A model generated the notes under the pieces. The model had not been told where the DNA came from, ran no database searches, and was given only the letters and a program-made list of their open reading frames with translations. DNA of 64,000 bases from Nitrospirota bacterium (GTDB taxonomy: Bacteria > Nitrospirota > Nitrospiria > Nitrospirales > Nitrospiraceae), in assembly GCA_034440335.1 (NCBI GenBank), contig JAWXBV010000194.1, positions 4,980 to 68,979 of the forward strand, in the 5' to 3' direction. Made by a program: the position numbers and the translations under genes. Shown piece by piece: positions 8,086 through 17,953 of this stretch. Numbering within the stretch: position 1 is the stretch's first letter; each line of letters begins with the position of its first letter.

Positions 8086-9442
8086 ACTTCTCGAGTCGAT
8101 AGCGAAAGGATCGCGTGTTGAGCCTCAAAAGTTGTGCAGCCTTTTTCTTGACCCACATGGCCCGTTCGAGCGCCTTCAAGAGCAGATCTTTTTCAATGCC
8201 GTTGATAAGCCCCTCTAAATTCAACCCCTCTTCCGGTAAGTCGGTGGGCACACCCTGCTGCTGAGGAGTTACGACGCGATGAAGCCAGCCACGGATATCC
8301 TCATCCGACACAGGCGCACCGACGGAAAAGGCGACCACGCGCTCGATCATGTTTTCAAGCTCGCGCACGTTGCCGCGCCACTCATGGCCCAACAACACGT
8401 GCATCGCCTCCGATGTCAATATGGGAGCCGGCCTGCCGCTTTCCTGTGAAAACTTCTCGATGAAATGTTTGACGAGAAGTGGGATATCTCCTGTTCGAAG
8501 CCGCAACGGTGGAAGCCGAATCGGAATCACGTCTAAGCGGTAGTACAAGTCTTCGCGAAATGAGCCGTCAGCCACCGCCTTTTCAAGGTCTTTATTGGTC
8601 GCGGCGACGATACGCACGTCCACCTTCACATCCTGGATGCCGCCCACACGCCGGAACTCTCGCTCCTGAATGACGCGCAGCAGTTTGACCTGAATCGTTG
8701 GGGTCGTATCGCCGATTTCATCCAAGAAAATCGTGCCGCCGTTGGCGACCTCGAACAACCCCGCCTTATTGGCCATCGCGCCGGTAAACGATCCCTTCAT
8801 ATGCCCGAAGAGTTCGCTTTCGAGCAACGTCTCCGGCACGGCACTGCAATTCACCGCCACAAAAGGCATAGGACTCCGGGCACTGTTATAGTGAATGGCG
8901 CGCGCAACCAACTCTTTTCCCGTTCCGCTTTCCCCGAAAATCAGCACATTACTCTTGCCGTCCGCGACTTTGCGCACCACGTCGAACACCTTCTGCATGC
9001 TCTCGCTCTGGCCGACAATCTGCGCAAACGACGATTGGCTCGCCATTTCACGCTTCAGGAGAATGTTTTCCGTCGAAAGACGCCGCTTCTCCAGGGCGTT
9101 GCGGATAATCAACTGCACTTCATCGACCTGGAACGGCTTGGTCAGGTAGTCGTATGCGCCCTGTTTCATCGCATCGACCGCCGAGTCTGCGGTTGCAAAC
9201 GCCGTAATGACAAGGACCACGGTTTCGGGAGAAGAAGACTTCACCGCCTTCAAGACCGCCATCCCATCGGCTTTCGGCATCCGGAGGTCGGTGATGACAA
9301 GATCGAATATTTCCTTGTGTACCTGACCGATGGCCTCTTCACCATCCGATGCTTCGGTCACGGCATAGCCCGCGCGTTTGAGCATAATGCTCAGGACTTC
9401 GCGCAGCCCCCTCTCATCATCAACAACTAGGATCTTTTCCAC
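8060..9442 (-). CDS. pilR: Sigma-54-dependent response regulator (NtrC family; PilR-like by context)
   Basis: REC domain (ILVVDDE...DLVITDLRMP), AAA+ sigma-54 module (GESGTGKE, GAFTGA-like GSFTGA), C-terminal Fis-type HTH. GTG start overlaps the kinase stop. Symbol is tentative, based on the adjacent kinase and pilC. Confidence 0.8.
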   Translation of the reverse strand: MEKILVVDDERGLREVLSIMLKRAGYAVTEASDGEEAIGQVHKEIFDLVITDLRMPKADGMAVLKAVKSSSPETVVLVITAFATADSAVDAMKQGAYDYLTKPFQVDEVQLIIRNALEKRRLSTENILLKREMASQSSFAQIVGQSESMQKVFDVVRKVADGKSNVLIFGESGTGKELVARAIHYNSARSPMPFVAVNCSAVPETLLESELFGHMKGSFTGAMANKAGLFEVANGGTIFLDEIGDTTPTIQVKLLRVIQEREFRRVGGIQDVKVDVRIVAATNKDLEKAVADGSFREDLYYRLDVIPIRLPPLRLRTGDIPLLVKHFIEKFSQESGRPAPILTSEAMHVLLGHEWRGNVRELENMIERVVAFSVGAPVSDEDIRGWLHRVVTPQQQGVPTDLPEEGLNLEGLINGIEKDLLLKALERAMWVKKKAAQLLRLNTRSFRYRLEKYAIKGGRD

Positions 9443-11154
9443 GGCGTCCTTCCCTCATGCCACAACCGTACCCCGGCATCTCCGGAACGCGGCATACACA
9501 CAACAAACCGCGAACCATGGGGCTCCTGACTTTCAACCTTGATCCAGCCCCCGTGCAGATCGACGATGCGATGCACCGCTGCCAGACCCAGCCCTGACCC
9601 TTCCTTCTTCGTCGTAAAAAATGGAAGAAAAATCTTATCCAAGTTTTGTTTCGGAATACCTTCCCCAGTGTCTTGAAATGCAATTTCTATGACGTCGCCC
9701 TTGCGGCCGCCGACATCGACATGGCGGCAGCTCGTCGAGATCGTCAACTGTCCCCCATCCGGCATCGCTTCAAACGCATTCGTCGCCATGTTCCAAAAGA
9801 CTTGCCGGAGCTGATCTTGATCGACGAGGGCCGTGAGTACCCCGGGTGCCAGCGACGTCACGATGGTGATGTTCGTACGTATTCTCGCTTCATGTTGAAC
9901 GAGATCGAGCGTCTCGGCAAGTACTTTATTCAGATCGTACTCGGCGAGGGTGAGCGCCGGTGGACGCGCATACAGAAGAAACTCTGTAATGATATTGTCG
10001 AGCCTGGTGGCCTCCCGAATCGCGATGTCCATCAACCGGCGATTGGTCTCATCTTCTATGGCATCTTGTCGAAGCATTTGCATCGCGCCGGCCAACGCAC
10101 CAAGTGGATTCCGAATTTCATGGGCCATCCCGGCAGACATTTCACCCAAACTCGCCAGCCAATCCTTTCGACGCATCTCCTCTTCCAGATCCCGAATCTG
10201 CGTCAGATCTTTGAACACACCGACCAAGCCTGCCTGCTCCCCCTGCTCGTGCAATGGGGAAAGGGTCATGCCGAGGATCAGGCGATTACCGTCAGCACGT
10301 TTACATTCCACTTCGAATCGCGTCGTCGTAGACACGACACCATTGAGTTGCTCATCTGATTCTTGGGCAGGATGCCAGTTGAAGACCTCACGCCAGGGAT
10401 GCCCGGCCACGTGAGCGATCGTATACCCGGTCGCTTCCTGTGCCGCTGGGTTGAAGGAAGTCACGCACCCCCTCGCATCTGCTGTAAACACACCGCTGCT
10501 GATGCTATGGACAATATTCTCGTGAAAGGCTTGGAGGCGGGTCAGTCCCTGCTCCTTCTCGCGCAACGATTGATCCACCTGCTGAAGCTGTTCCGTTAAG
10601 GTTCCGCCCAGGATCCCAACAACAAGAAGAGCAAGAGCATAGACGCCGAATGTTTGATACGTTTCAGGCATGGTCAGCCGGCTCGGCGGCAGCCACCCCC
10701 ACCCCTCTATCAGACCATGGAATTGAATATTCGTTAAAATACCGAACAGAATAATGCAGAAACAGGCGGCAAGAAGCCCTACTCGCCGTCTGGGAACAAG
10801 ACTGGCCACCGCCACCGTCATGACATACAGCACCGCAAAAGGGCTCTCGATCCCCCCTGTCCGAGCCACCAGCACCGTTTCAAGAAAGAAGTCGATTCCA
10901 ACCTGCACCCAGAAAAATATCATGAGCGCTGCCGGTGTCGCACACATACGGAGCAACATGGCAGAAGGGATCGTCAGGATGTAGGTGACAAGAATCAGCG
11001 CGTAGAATGTTTCGACCCGCCCGCCCTTCGCAACTTGGAAGGCGAGAGATAGGCCGAGCATCAGGGTCACGAGGGCCACTCGAAGCCCCATGATCCAATG
11101 CAATCTCGTGCGCATATCATTCATGAGTGGAAGACCACTGGGCGAGAAGGACAT
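9427..11154 (-). CDS. pilS: Membrane sensor histidine kinase (multi-TM N-terminus, PAS, HisKA, HATPase; PilS-like by context)
   Basis: 575 aa, H-box MAHEIRNPL, N/G boxes (NAFEAM, DTGEGI, GSGLGL). Sits between pilC and the NtrC-type regulator. Confidence 0.8.
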   Translation of the reverse strand: MSFSPSGLPLMNDMRTRLHWIMGLRVALVTLMLGLSLAFQVAKGGRVETFYALILVTYILTIPSAMLLRMCATPAALMIFFWVQVGIDFFLETVLVARTGGIESPFAVLYVMTVAVASLVPRRRVGLLAACFCIILFGILTNIQFHGLIEGWGWLPPSRLTMPETYQTFGVYALALLVVGILGGTLTEQLQQVDQSLREKEQGLTRLQAFHENIVHSISSGVFTADARGCVTSFNPAAQEATGYTIAHVAGHPWREVFNWHPAQESDEQLNGVVSTTTRFEVECKRADGNRLILGMTLSPLHEQGEQAGLVGVFKDLTQIRDLEEEMRRKDWLASLGEMSAGMAHEIRNPLGALAGAMQMLRQDAIEDETNRRLMDIAIREATRLDNIITEFLLYARPPALTLAEYDLNKVLAETLDLVQHEARIRTNITIVTSLAPGVLTALVDQDQLRQVFWNMATNAFEAMPDGGQLTISTSCRHVDVGGRKGDVIEIAFQDTGEGIPKQNLDKIFLPFFTTKKEGSGLGLAAVHRIVDLHGGWIKVESQEPHGSRFVVCMPRSGDAGVRLWHEGRTPWKRS

Positions 11155-11608
11155 TGGCGGAGCATGAAGAGAGAGAGGGCTTGTTCATTCTCCTCGAGTT
11201 TGGCGCCTGGGACCATGTCATCACCCATGTAACGGAGCACCGAGTGATTTGACCAGAAAGGCTTAGCCGGATGCTGACCAAGTCTCCCAGCGGCGTTCTC
11301 GCATCGCGCCGGGGCTCAACGAGAGTTGTTCGGAGATCGGAATCATTGAAGGGGCTTTTCCGTTCGGCCAGATCTATTGCACGGGCGAACGGCCCCACGA
11401 AGTGCGGTCTGTACCTCCTCGCCTCTTCGCTCCCTGCGACCTTGCTGGGTAGCGTTGTTGAGCATCCGGCGTTGCGTCGCTCCTGTTGCCACGGACGTCA
11501 CGACCTATAAGACTCTGGCGTGCCTACAGAGTTCTTCCTCAGCCTGTTAGAACCTTCACGCTGGGCGCTAGACCCCAACTCCGTGAGGAACGAACTGAAA
11601 GTTGCGCT

Positions 11609-12832
11609 CTATCCGATTGCATCCGACATTTTGAAGATTGGGAGGTACATGGCGATCACAATAAACCCAATCACAATCCCCAGGAACACCATCATGATGG
11701 GTTCCAACAACGACGTGAGTGAGGCGACCGCCTGATCGACTTCGTCCTCATAGAAGTCTGCAATCTTTCCCAGCATCGCGTCCAACGCGCCGGTTGACTC
11801 ACCGACAGCAATCATATGCGTCACCATCTTGGGAAAGACCCCGCTTGCCGCCAATGGATCGGCGATAGTCTTTCCTCCGCTGATACTGGTCCGAGCATTA
11901 ATCAACGTCTCTTCAATCACCTTGTTACCCGAAGTCTTTGCGCAGATGGTCATCCCGTCCAGAAGTGGAACTCCGCTCCCGAGCAGGGTGCCAAGGGTCC
12001 GTGTAAACTTGGCTACCGACGCCTTCCTGATCAGATCCCCAACCACCGGTGCCTTGAGAAGGAGCCTGTCGATAGCCATTCGCCCTTGGGCAGTTGCATA
12101 ATATTTCTTGGTGCCAAAGACGACTCCGACAATACCCCCTAACATCAAATACCAATAGGATGTAAAGATATTACTGATATCGATGACCAGCTGCGTAGGA
12201 CCCGGCAGTCCCATCTTTCCGCCGGACAACTCGGCGAACATTTTCGCGAAGATCGGAATGACCCAGATCATTAATACTGCGATCACAACCACCGCAACTC
12301 CCCCGATCGCGGCAGGATAGATCATGGCAGATTTGATCTGCCCTTTGAGCTTCATCGCTTTTTCGATGTATTTGGCGAGACGTGTGAGGATCGTATCGAG
12401 CAGCCCCCCGACCTCACCCGCATGCACCAAATTGACATAGAGATCGTCGAAAACTTTAGGATAGCGACGTAGGGCATCTGAAAAAGTCGACCCGGCTTCC
12501 ACATGAAGCTTCACTTCCCCGATGGTTTCCCTCAGCACCTTATTCTCGGACTGGGTTGAAAGGATTTCAAGGCACTGCACCAAGGGCAAACCCGCATTGA
12601 TCATCGTCCCGAATTGTCGTGTAAACACGACCAGATCTTTATCGGTAAGACCGGAGCCCAAACTGATATTGATCTTGAATCCGCCCTTGCCGCTTTTTTT
12701 TTCTTCAAGGCTCGTGACGACGACGCTTTGCTTGCGAAGTTGATCGACCGCCTCATCTCTGGTTTTCGCGCTCAGTTCGCCCTTCTTGACGGCACCAGAT
12801 CTGGTTCGTCCGACATACGCAAAGGTAGCCAT
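11609..12832 (-). CDS. pilC: Type IV pilus assembly platform protein PilC (GspF family)
   Basis: MATFAYVGRTRSG..., two GspF repeats, three TM segments. ATG at 12832 is preferred over the ORF-track GTG at 12841. Confidence 0.9.
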   Translation of the reverse strand: MATFAYVGRTRSGAVKKGELSAKTRDEAVDQLRKQSVVVTSLEEKKSGKGGFKINISLGSGLTDKDLVVFTRQFGTMINAGLPLVQCLEILSTQSENKVLRETIGEVKLHVEAGSTFSDALRRYPKVFDDLYVNLVHAGEVGGLLDTILTRLAKYIEKAMKLKGQIKSAMIYPAAIGGVAVVVIAVLMIWVIPIFAKMFAELSGGKMGLPGPTQLVIDISNIFTSYWYLMLGGIVGVVFGTKKYYATAQGRMAIDRLLLKAPVVGDLIRKASVAKFTRTLGTLLGSGVPLLDGMTICAKTSGNKVIEETLINARTSISGGKTIADPLAASGVFPKMVTHMIAVGESTGALDAMLGKIADFYEDEVDQAVASLTSLLEPIMMVFLGIVIGFIVIAMYLPIFKMSDAIG

Positions 12833-12988
12833 ACGCAACACTCACCCTTCGATGTGGCCACGCCCTGGCCGGTTGTAGACTAATGAGAATACCTACCAGG
12901 CGAGTCTACTGGCCACCCCTAGACCTGTCAAACAAATGCACAATCTCTGCGCAGTCAATGGGCACGCAGGCTTACGCCATCCAGAGCC

Positions 12989-13525
12989 CTAGCTGCTGAT
13001 CGCACTCGTGTCCCGAACGCCTCGGTAGAGGTAATGCAACCCGGACAGGAGCGTGAAGGAGACCATGCCGAACAAGAGAGGGAGCATGACGGTGAGATCG
13101 ATGTGACGGGAGCTGAGGAAGATGACCATCACGACATAGGCCAGCTGGAGAAACGTGGTACCCTTGCCCAAGAAGGTGGGAGTAAGGTCCACGCGCGCAT
13201 CTGTGAAATGCGCCACCGCCGTTCCCAGCAGCAATATCACGTCTCGGCTGACCACGAGGAGGGTGACCCACAACGGAATCAAATGAATCATCGAAAGCGT
13301 GATGAACCCGGAGGTAAGCAGCAGCTTATCGGCCAGAGGGTCCAACACGGCCCCGAGCCGAGTATGCTGGTTCTTCATACGGGCGACCAGCCCATCAAGC
13401 GCATCAGTCAGCCCGGCCACAAGAAGCACGATCAGTGCGTGATCGAATCTGCCGTAGATGAGTAACCCGACGTAGCAGGGAATCAGGAGAATACGGAGAA
13501 TGGTTAAGCTGTTGGGGATATTCAT
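12989..13525 (-). CDS. pgsA: CDP-diacylglycerol--glycerol-3-phosphate 3-phosphatidyltransferase
   Basis: NIPNSLTILRILLIP and the CDP-alcohol phosphatidyltransferase motif DALDGLVAR...G..LDPLADK. Confidence 0.9.
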   Translation of the reverse strand: MNIPNSLTILRILLIPCYVGLLIYGRFDHALIVLLVAGLTDALDGLVARMKNQHTRLGAVLDPLADKLLLTSGFITLSMIHLIPLWVTLLVVSRDVILLLGTAVAHFTDARVDLTPTFLGKGTTFLQLAYVVMVIFLSSRHIDLTVMLPLLFGMVSFTLLSGLHYLYRGVRDTSAISS

Positions 13526-13669
13526 AAGTATCCGGGATACAGCGGCTTATGGCAGCGGGGGGGAATGATAGGAGGGCGTTATGCAGTTGTCAACGGCTTG
13601 CAGTCGGCGCAGTCCCCACCCTATAATCACATCGCTGAATTATTTCGTTTGAGTATCACGGGGATTGCC

Positions 13670-13987
13670 ATGAGTTCACTTCCGCTGCTATTCAAAAAAG
13701 AAGGGCTGGTTGAAAAGCACCAAGTTGAAGGGGTCGACCCGAGCGATCGGTATTTCAATCGCACGGTTCTCGTCAATCGAACCACCTCCGGCTACGCCGC
13801 CAAAGTCATGTATGAAGCCCTGAATGTCGAAGGGCACTCGCATCCGACCATCACTGCTGCGGTACGAGAACTGATCGAAGCGATGCAGCGATTCGGCTTC
13901 AACAAATTGAGAACCCGCGCCAATTTCAAAGGCACAAAATATCTCGCTGAAAAAGAAACCTGGATCGATTACCAGGACCTCGCCTAG
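13670..13987 (+). CDS. Hypothetical protein (105 aa)
   Basis: ATG at 13670 with upstream gggga. Coding-like composition, no recognisable motif. Confidence 0.5.
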   Translation: MSSLPLLFKKEGLVEKHQVEGVDPSDRYFNRTVLVNRTTSGYAAKVMYEALNVEGHSHPTITAAVRELIEAMQRFGFNKLRTRANFKGTKYLAEKETWIDYQDLA

Positions 13988-13996
13988 CCACAACTC

Positions 13997-15151
13997 TCAC
14001 GCAGACACAAATTCCCGAAAGACGAGGTCATGAATATAGGGACGGAAGGCTTTAATCTTCTCGTTCCTCCGGCTCGGATGCACCCGGTTGGACAACAGCA
14101 CGACCTCCAATTCGCACAAGGGATCAATCCACAGCGATGTCCCAGTGTAGCCAAGATGCCCGAACGACCGCTCGGAAAAGCTGGACCCCGATGAGGACGG
14201 CGCAGACGGAGTATCCCATCCCAACGCCCAACTCGATCGAGCACGAGATTCTTGACGTGTCGTAAACTGCCTCACAAGCTCCCCCTCCAGAATCGACTCT
14301 CTTCCATGGTAGCCACGGAGCCAGGCTCCGGAGACAGCCAGTACTGATTCCGCAGTCCCGAATAACCCTGCATGGCCCGCGACACCACCCATCGCGGCGG
14401 CATTCTCGTCATGCACCTCTCCACATAACAGTCGATTGCGCCACTCGTCCTGTTCGGTCGGAGCGATGCGTAAGACGTCGACGATTGGGCGTGCAACATC
14501 GAGTTGCGCTCGACCTGCCGCAGGACAAAACATGATAGGGGCAGCCCGTAGGGGTCGAACGATGGCCTCTTCGCACCAAAGATCCAACGTCATTCCGCTC
14601 ACACGTTCCACCAGAAACCCCAGCAACATGAATCCAAGGTCGCTGTAGATGCTTCGCTCGCCTCTCAGATACATCAATGGTTCGTCACGAATCATCTTCA
14701 ATACCTGTTGCGTCGTAGACTGATGCGCGCCAGAGGGTTCAGGCTCAACCCCTCCTCCATTGAGCCGCTCATAAAAAGGCCGCCATCCGGGCAAGCCCGA
14801 GCGATGGGTCAAGAGGTCTCTCACCGTTGCCTGACCGATCGGCGTGCCTTCAAGTTCAGTTAATATTTCCTGCACGGGATCCTCAAGAACCACCTTGGAG
14901 CGCTGAATCAGGAGCAAGACGGATGTGACCGTCAAGACCGGCTTCGTGAGAGAGGCGAGGTCATAGATCGTCGTGGTGTGTACGGGAAGACCCGGAGGCT
15001 CTGACGACAATCGCCCGGCGACAACCACACATTGCAGCTCACCGTGCACACGAACAGCCAACTGGGCACCGGGAAACACACCATCGTCAACGGCCGATTG
15101 TAGTGCTGTCTGAATGACGTGAGGGGTCGCCATAGGCGGGATCCTGGTCAC
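13997..15151 (-). CDS. Serine hydrolase, beta-lactamase/PBP4*-like family
   Basis: 384 aa, active-site SxxK in DLASLTKPV, HLGYTGTSLWIDP near the C-terminus. Confidence 0.85.
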   Translation of the reverse strand: MTRIPPMATPHVIQTALQSAVDDGVFPGAQLAVRVHGELQCVVVAGRLSSEPPGLPVHTTTIYDLASLTKPVLTVTSVLLLIQRSKVVLEDPVQEILTELEGTPIGQATVRDLLTHRSGLPGWRPFYERLNGGGVEPEPSGAHQSTTQQVLKMIRDEPLMYLRGERSIYSDLGFMLLGFLVERVSGMTLDLWCEEAIVRPLRAAPIMFCPAAGRAQLDVARPIVDVLRIAPTEQDEWRNRLLCGEVHDENAAAMGGVAGHAGLFGTAESVLAVSGAWLRGYHGRESILEGELVRQFTTRQESRARSSWALGWDTPSAPSSSGSSFSERSFGHLGYTGTSLWIDPLCELEVVLLSNRVHPSRRNEKIKAFRPYIHDLVFREFVSA

Positions 15152-15241
15152 TGGTGGGGAAAGTCGCTGCGGTGGATGACCCGTGCGACAATCAATCTCA
15201 GAACGCCTGAGTCGAGGACAGCCGCCACGTCGAATGAGTGA

Positions 15242-15751
15242 TCATCTCGGGTTCGACTTTCCTTCGAGCTTCTCCTCCGATGCGATTGCGGCATCATGGA
15301 ACGCTTCCTGTTCTTCCACCTCCAACATACGCTCGAACATTCGCAACGACGCACGCAACCGTTCAACCATGAGCAATCGCTGTTTCTGAAGTGCTGAGAG
15401 GTCACGTTGCGTATCAGTCAGCTCAATCCTGGCCTGATGCATCAACTCGCCGGCCTTGAGTTCAGCCTCCTTGATGACGAGGTCCGCCTCCCGATGAGCA
15501 TTCTGCTTTACATCCTCCGCCAGCGATTGAGCGGACAGGAGAGTGCTCGACAAGGTCGCCTCCGTCCGCTTCATCTCGGCGAGCTGCCGCTCCAAAAATA
15601 TGAATCTTTCTTGCTGAACGGCAGAGTCTCGATTCAATAATTCGACCGTCTGTGCCAGTTCTTCGAGGAAGCGGTTGACCTCTTCCCTGTCATACCCACG
15701 AAAGGTGACCTTGAACACCATTTGCTGGATATCGAGCGGTGTAATTTTCAT
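15242..15751 (-). CDS. DivIVA-domain cell-division protein
   Basis: MKITPLDIQQMVFKVTFRGYDREEVNRFLEELA followed by coiled coil. ATGA overlap with the yggT stop. Confidence 0.9.
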   Translation of the reverse strand: MKITPLDIQQMVFKVTFRGYDREEVNRFLEELAQTVELLNRDSAVQQERFIFLERQLAEMKRTEATLSSTLLSAQSLAEDVKQNAHREADLVIKEAELKAGELMHQARIELTDTQRDLSALQKQRLLMVERLRASLRMFERMLEVEEQEAFHDAAIASEEKLEGKSNPR

Positions 15752-16068
15752 GGCACCTCCCCAATACTATGTCCGTCCATGGCTACCGCGATCTGAAGTA
15801 GCGAAGGTACGATGGCTTTCTGAAGAAATACCAGGATCAGTATGAGAATAAAAGTGGAGAGATCGAATCCTAAACGCGTACCGACGACTCGGCGAATTGG
15901 AGCCAATGCTGGCTCGGTAACCTTTACCAGAAACTGCACAATAGGGTTCCATGGGTCAGGATTGACCCACGAGATGAGCGCGCGAGCCACGACGACATAG
16001 ATATAGATTTCTAACACATAATGGATGATCGTTGCCGCTGCGCTCAGAGCATTGCCTATGACAAACAT
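15748..16068 (-). CDS. yggT: YggT family membrane protein
   Basis: 106 aa, two TM segments, ...VVARALISWVNPDPWNPIVQFL..TEP.L.PIRR. Confidence 0.85.
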   Translation of the reverse strand: MFVIGNALSAAATIIHYVLEIYIYVVVARALISWVNPDPWNPIVQFLVKVTEPALAPIRRVVGTRLGFDLSTFILILILVFLQKAIVPSLLQIAVAMDGHSIGEVP

Positions 16069-16886
16069 CAGCGCCCCAACTCCTTCGATCGTGTGGTGGC
16101 CGCTTCGACCGCCGCCATGAGCGTCGCACGGAACCCTCCCTGTTCGAGCTGATGAAGCCCGGCGATGGTCGTGCCTCCGGGAGAGGCCACCCGATCTTTT
16201 AATTGCGCGGGATGCACGCCTGATTCCAACACCAAGCGAGCAGCCCCGAGCACCGTCTGAGCGGCAAGAAGTTCGGCAGTCTGCCGTGGCAATCCCATCA
16301 ATACCCCCCCATCTGCTAACGCTTCAATGGCCTGAAATATGTAGGCCGGCCCACTGCCGCTCAGTCCGGTCACCGCATCCATCAATCGTTCCTCAACCAG
16401 CACCACTCGACCGACTGCTTCGAATACTGTTCGAGCCACGTGACTGTCATCTTCAGACACCGCACTGCCCAAGGCCATCGCGGTCATACTCTCCCGAACC
16501 AATGCCGGAATGTTCGGCATCGCACGAATGATCCGCCTCGCTCCGGTCGTCTGTTCCGCGATGATCTGAATCGTCACCCCTGCCACAATAGAGATCACGA
16601 GGGCATGGCCCACGATCGAGCCAAGCTCACTGAGGACAACAGGAAGTGCCTGAGGCTTCACCGCCAAGACGACCACGTCAGCCCAGGCAACCGCTTCACG
16701 GTTGGCAGAACCAACCCGAATGCCGAACTGACCCTTTAAGCGATCACGGCGCTCGGGAATGGGATCTGCCGCCCATATCGACTCGGCAGGACGCACCTGG
16801 CCTGAGAGAAGTCCACCGATCATGGCCTCGGCCATCTGGCCACCTCCGATGAACGCGATCTTGCTCATGATCGTTGGGCTAGACAT
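16068..16886 (-). CDS. proC: Pyrroline-5-carboxylate reductase
   Basis: IAFIGGGQMAEA Rossmann motif and C-terminal SPGGTTIAG. ATG at 16886 has GGAG upstream; the ORF-track start at 16898 is TTG. Confidence 0.9.
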   Translation of the reverse strand: MSSPTIMSKIAFIGGGQMAEAMIGGLLSGQVRPAESIWAADPIPERRDRLKGQFGIRVGSANREAVAWADVVVLAVKPQALPVVLSELGSIVGHALVISIVAGVTIQIIAEQTTGARRIIRAMPNIPALVRESMTAMALGSAVSEDDSHVARTVFEAVGRVVLVEERLMDAVTGLSGSGPAYIFQAIEALADGGVLMGLPRQTAELLAAQTVLGAARLVLESGVHPAQLKDRVASPGGTTIAGLHQLEQGGFRATLMAAVEAATTRSKELGR

Positions 16887-17174
16887 GCTTCGCTCCAAAA
16901 AAAATCAGTGCAAACCCGGACCACCGTGGTCCCCTCTTCAATTGCACCGTGACGCTCGTTCAACATACCCAGCGAACGCTCCTCAATGAGATGGTATCAA
17001 TCAGTTGCCGTGGGAGACTTAAAGCCAACTCACACAGACACCGGAGTAGGAGCGAGTCTGATCCGAATCGTGAGTTGAACGTGAAATCGTCATGCGCCCC
17101 CTCGCCTCCAGAATATTCCCGCCTATTGTACAAAACCGCCGGGCAAATGTCAGCGCACAGACCCAACCCGACTC

Positions 17175-17915
17175 CTATCGGTGAGAGAGCAGAGTAATCC
17201 CACTAACCATCGTCCCGTTTACTCGACCTTCCCGTCGATAGGAATAAAAAAGCTGATCATGGCAGATCGTACAGACATTCACCATGGAAACAGCGGGTGC
17301 GGAGACACCGTCCCCTTCCACTTGGCGACGAATCAAGGCCTTGAGATCCAGCCGAGCCGTATGCCCTCGATAGTCACACACCACCGACTCCCAATCGGGC
17401 AATCCCACGCGAAGAAGGTCGAGGACGGGATCGTCCACTTCATAGCAGCAGGGGCCGGCCGATGGCCCAATACTGACTCGGAGATCCGACCTCGTCGATC
17501 CGAATCGATCCTCCATCAGCGTGAGAGTCTTCGAAACAATCCCCGCCACCGCGCCTCGCCAACCGGCATGGATCGCCGCGACGACACGCCGGCGTGGGTC
17601 ATGCACGAGTACGGGGACACAATCCGCCGTGCGCACCGCCACTGTCACACCTGGTTGATCGGTCACCAACGCATCCCACCCGCCGTGAAACTGATCCGAC
17701 TCAGTGAGTGGACGATCCAGCACCAAGGCTTCGGTCCCATGTACTTGCTTCACAGACAGCAGCCAATCACGCCCCTGTGCGCCGGACTGTCGGGCTGGGA
17801 CCCCTACATCGAATGCCAGCGAGTCTGCATGACGGCGCGTTCCGAAGAAATGCCGAACGCCGTCGCGCGAGGACGCGAAGGCAGGAACCGTGATGACTGC
17901 TGCGTGCATGGCCAT
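17175..17915 (-). CDS. pgeF: Peptidoglycan editing factor PgeF (YfiH / laccase-domain family)
   Basis: HFFGTRR, KQVHG, TADCVPV, IHAGWRG and CTICH motifs. Start is uncertain (17930 TTG, 17915 or 17909 ATG). Confidence 0.85.
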   Translation of the reverse strand: MAMHAAVITVPAFASSRDGVRHFFGTRRHADSLAFDVGVPARQSGAQGRDWLLSVKQVHGTEALVLDRPLTESDQFHGGWDALVTDQPGVTVAVRTADCVPVLVHDPRRRVVAAIHAGWRGAVAGIVSKTLTLMEDRFGSTRSDLRVSIGPSAGPCCYEVDDPVLDLLRVGLPDWESVVCDYRGHTARLDLKALIRRQVEGDGVSAPAVSMVNVCTICHDQLFYSYRREGRVNGTMVSGITLLSHR

Positions 17916-17953
17916 ACTCCGCCGTAACAACTCCCCCCTACCGACGCGTCGTC

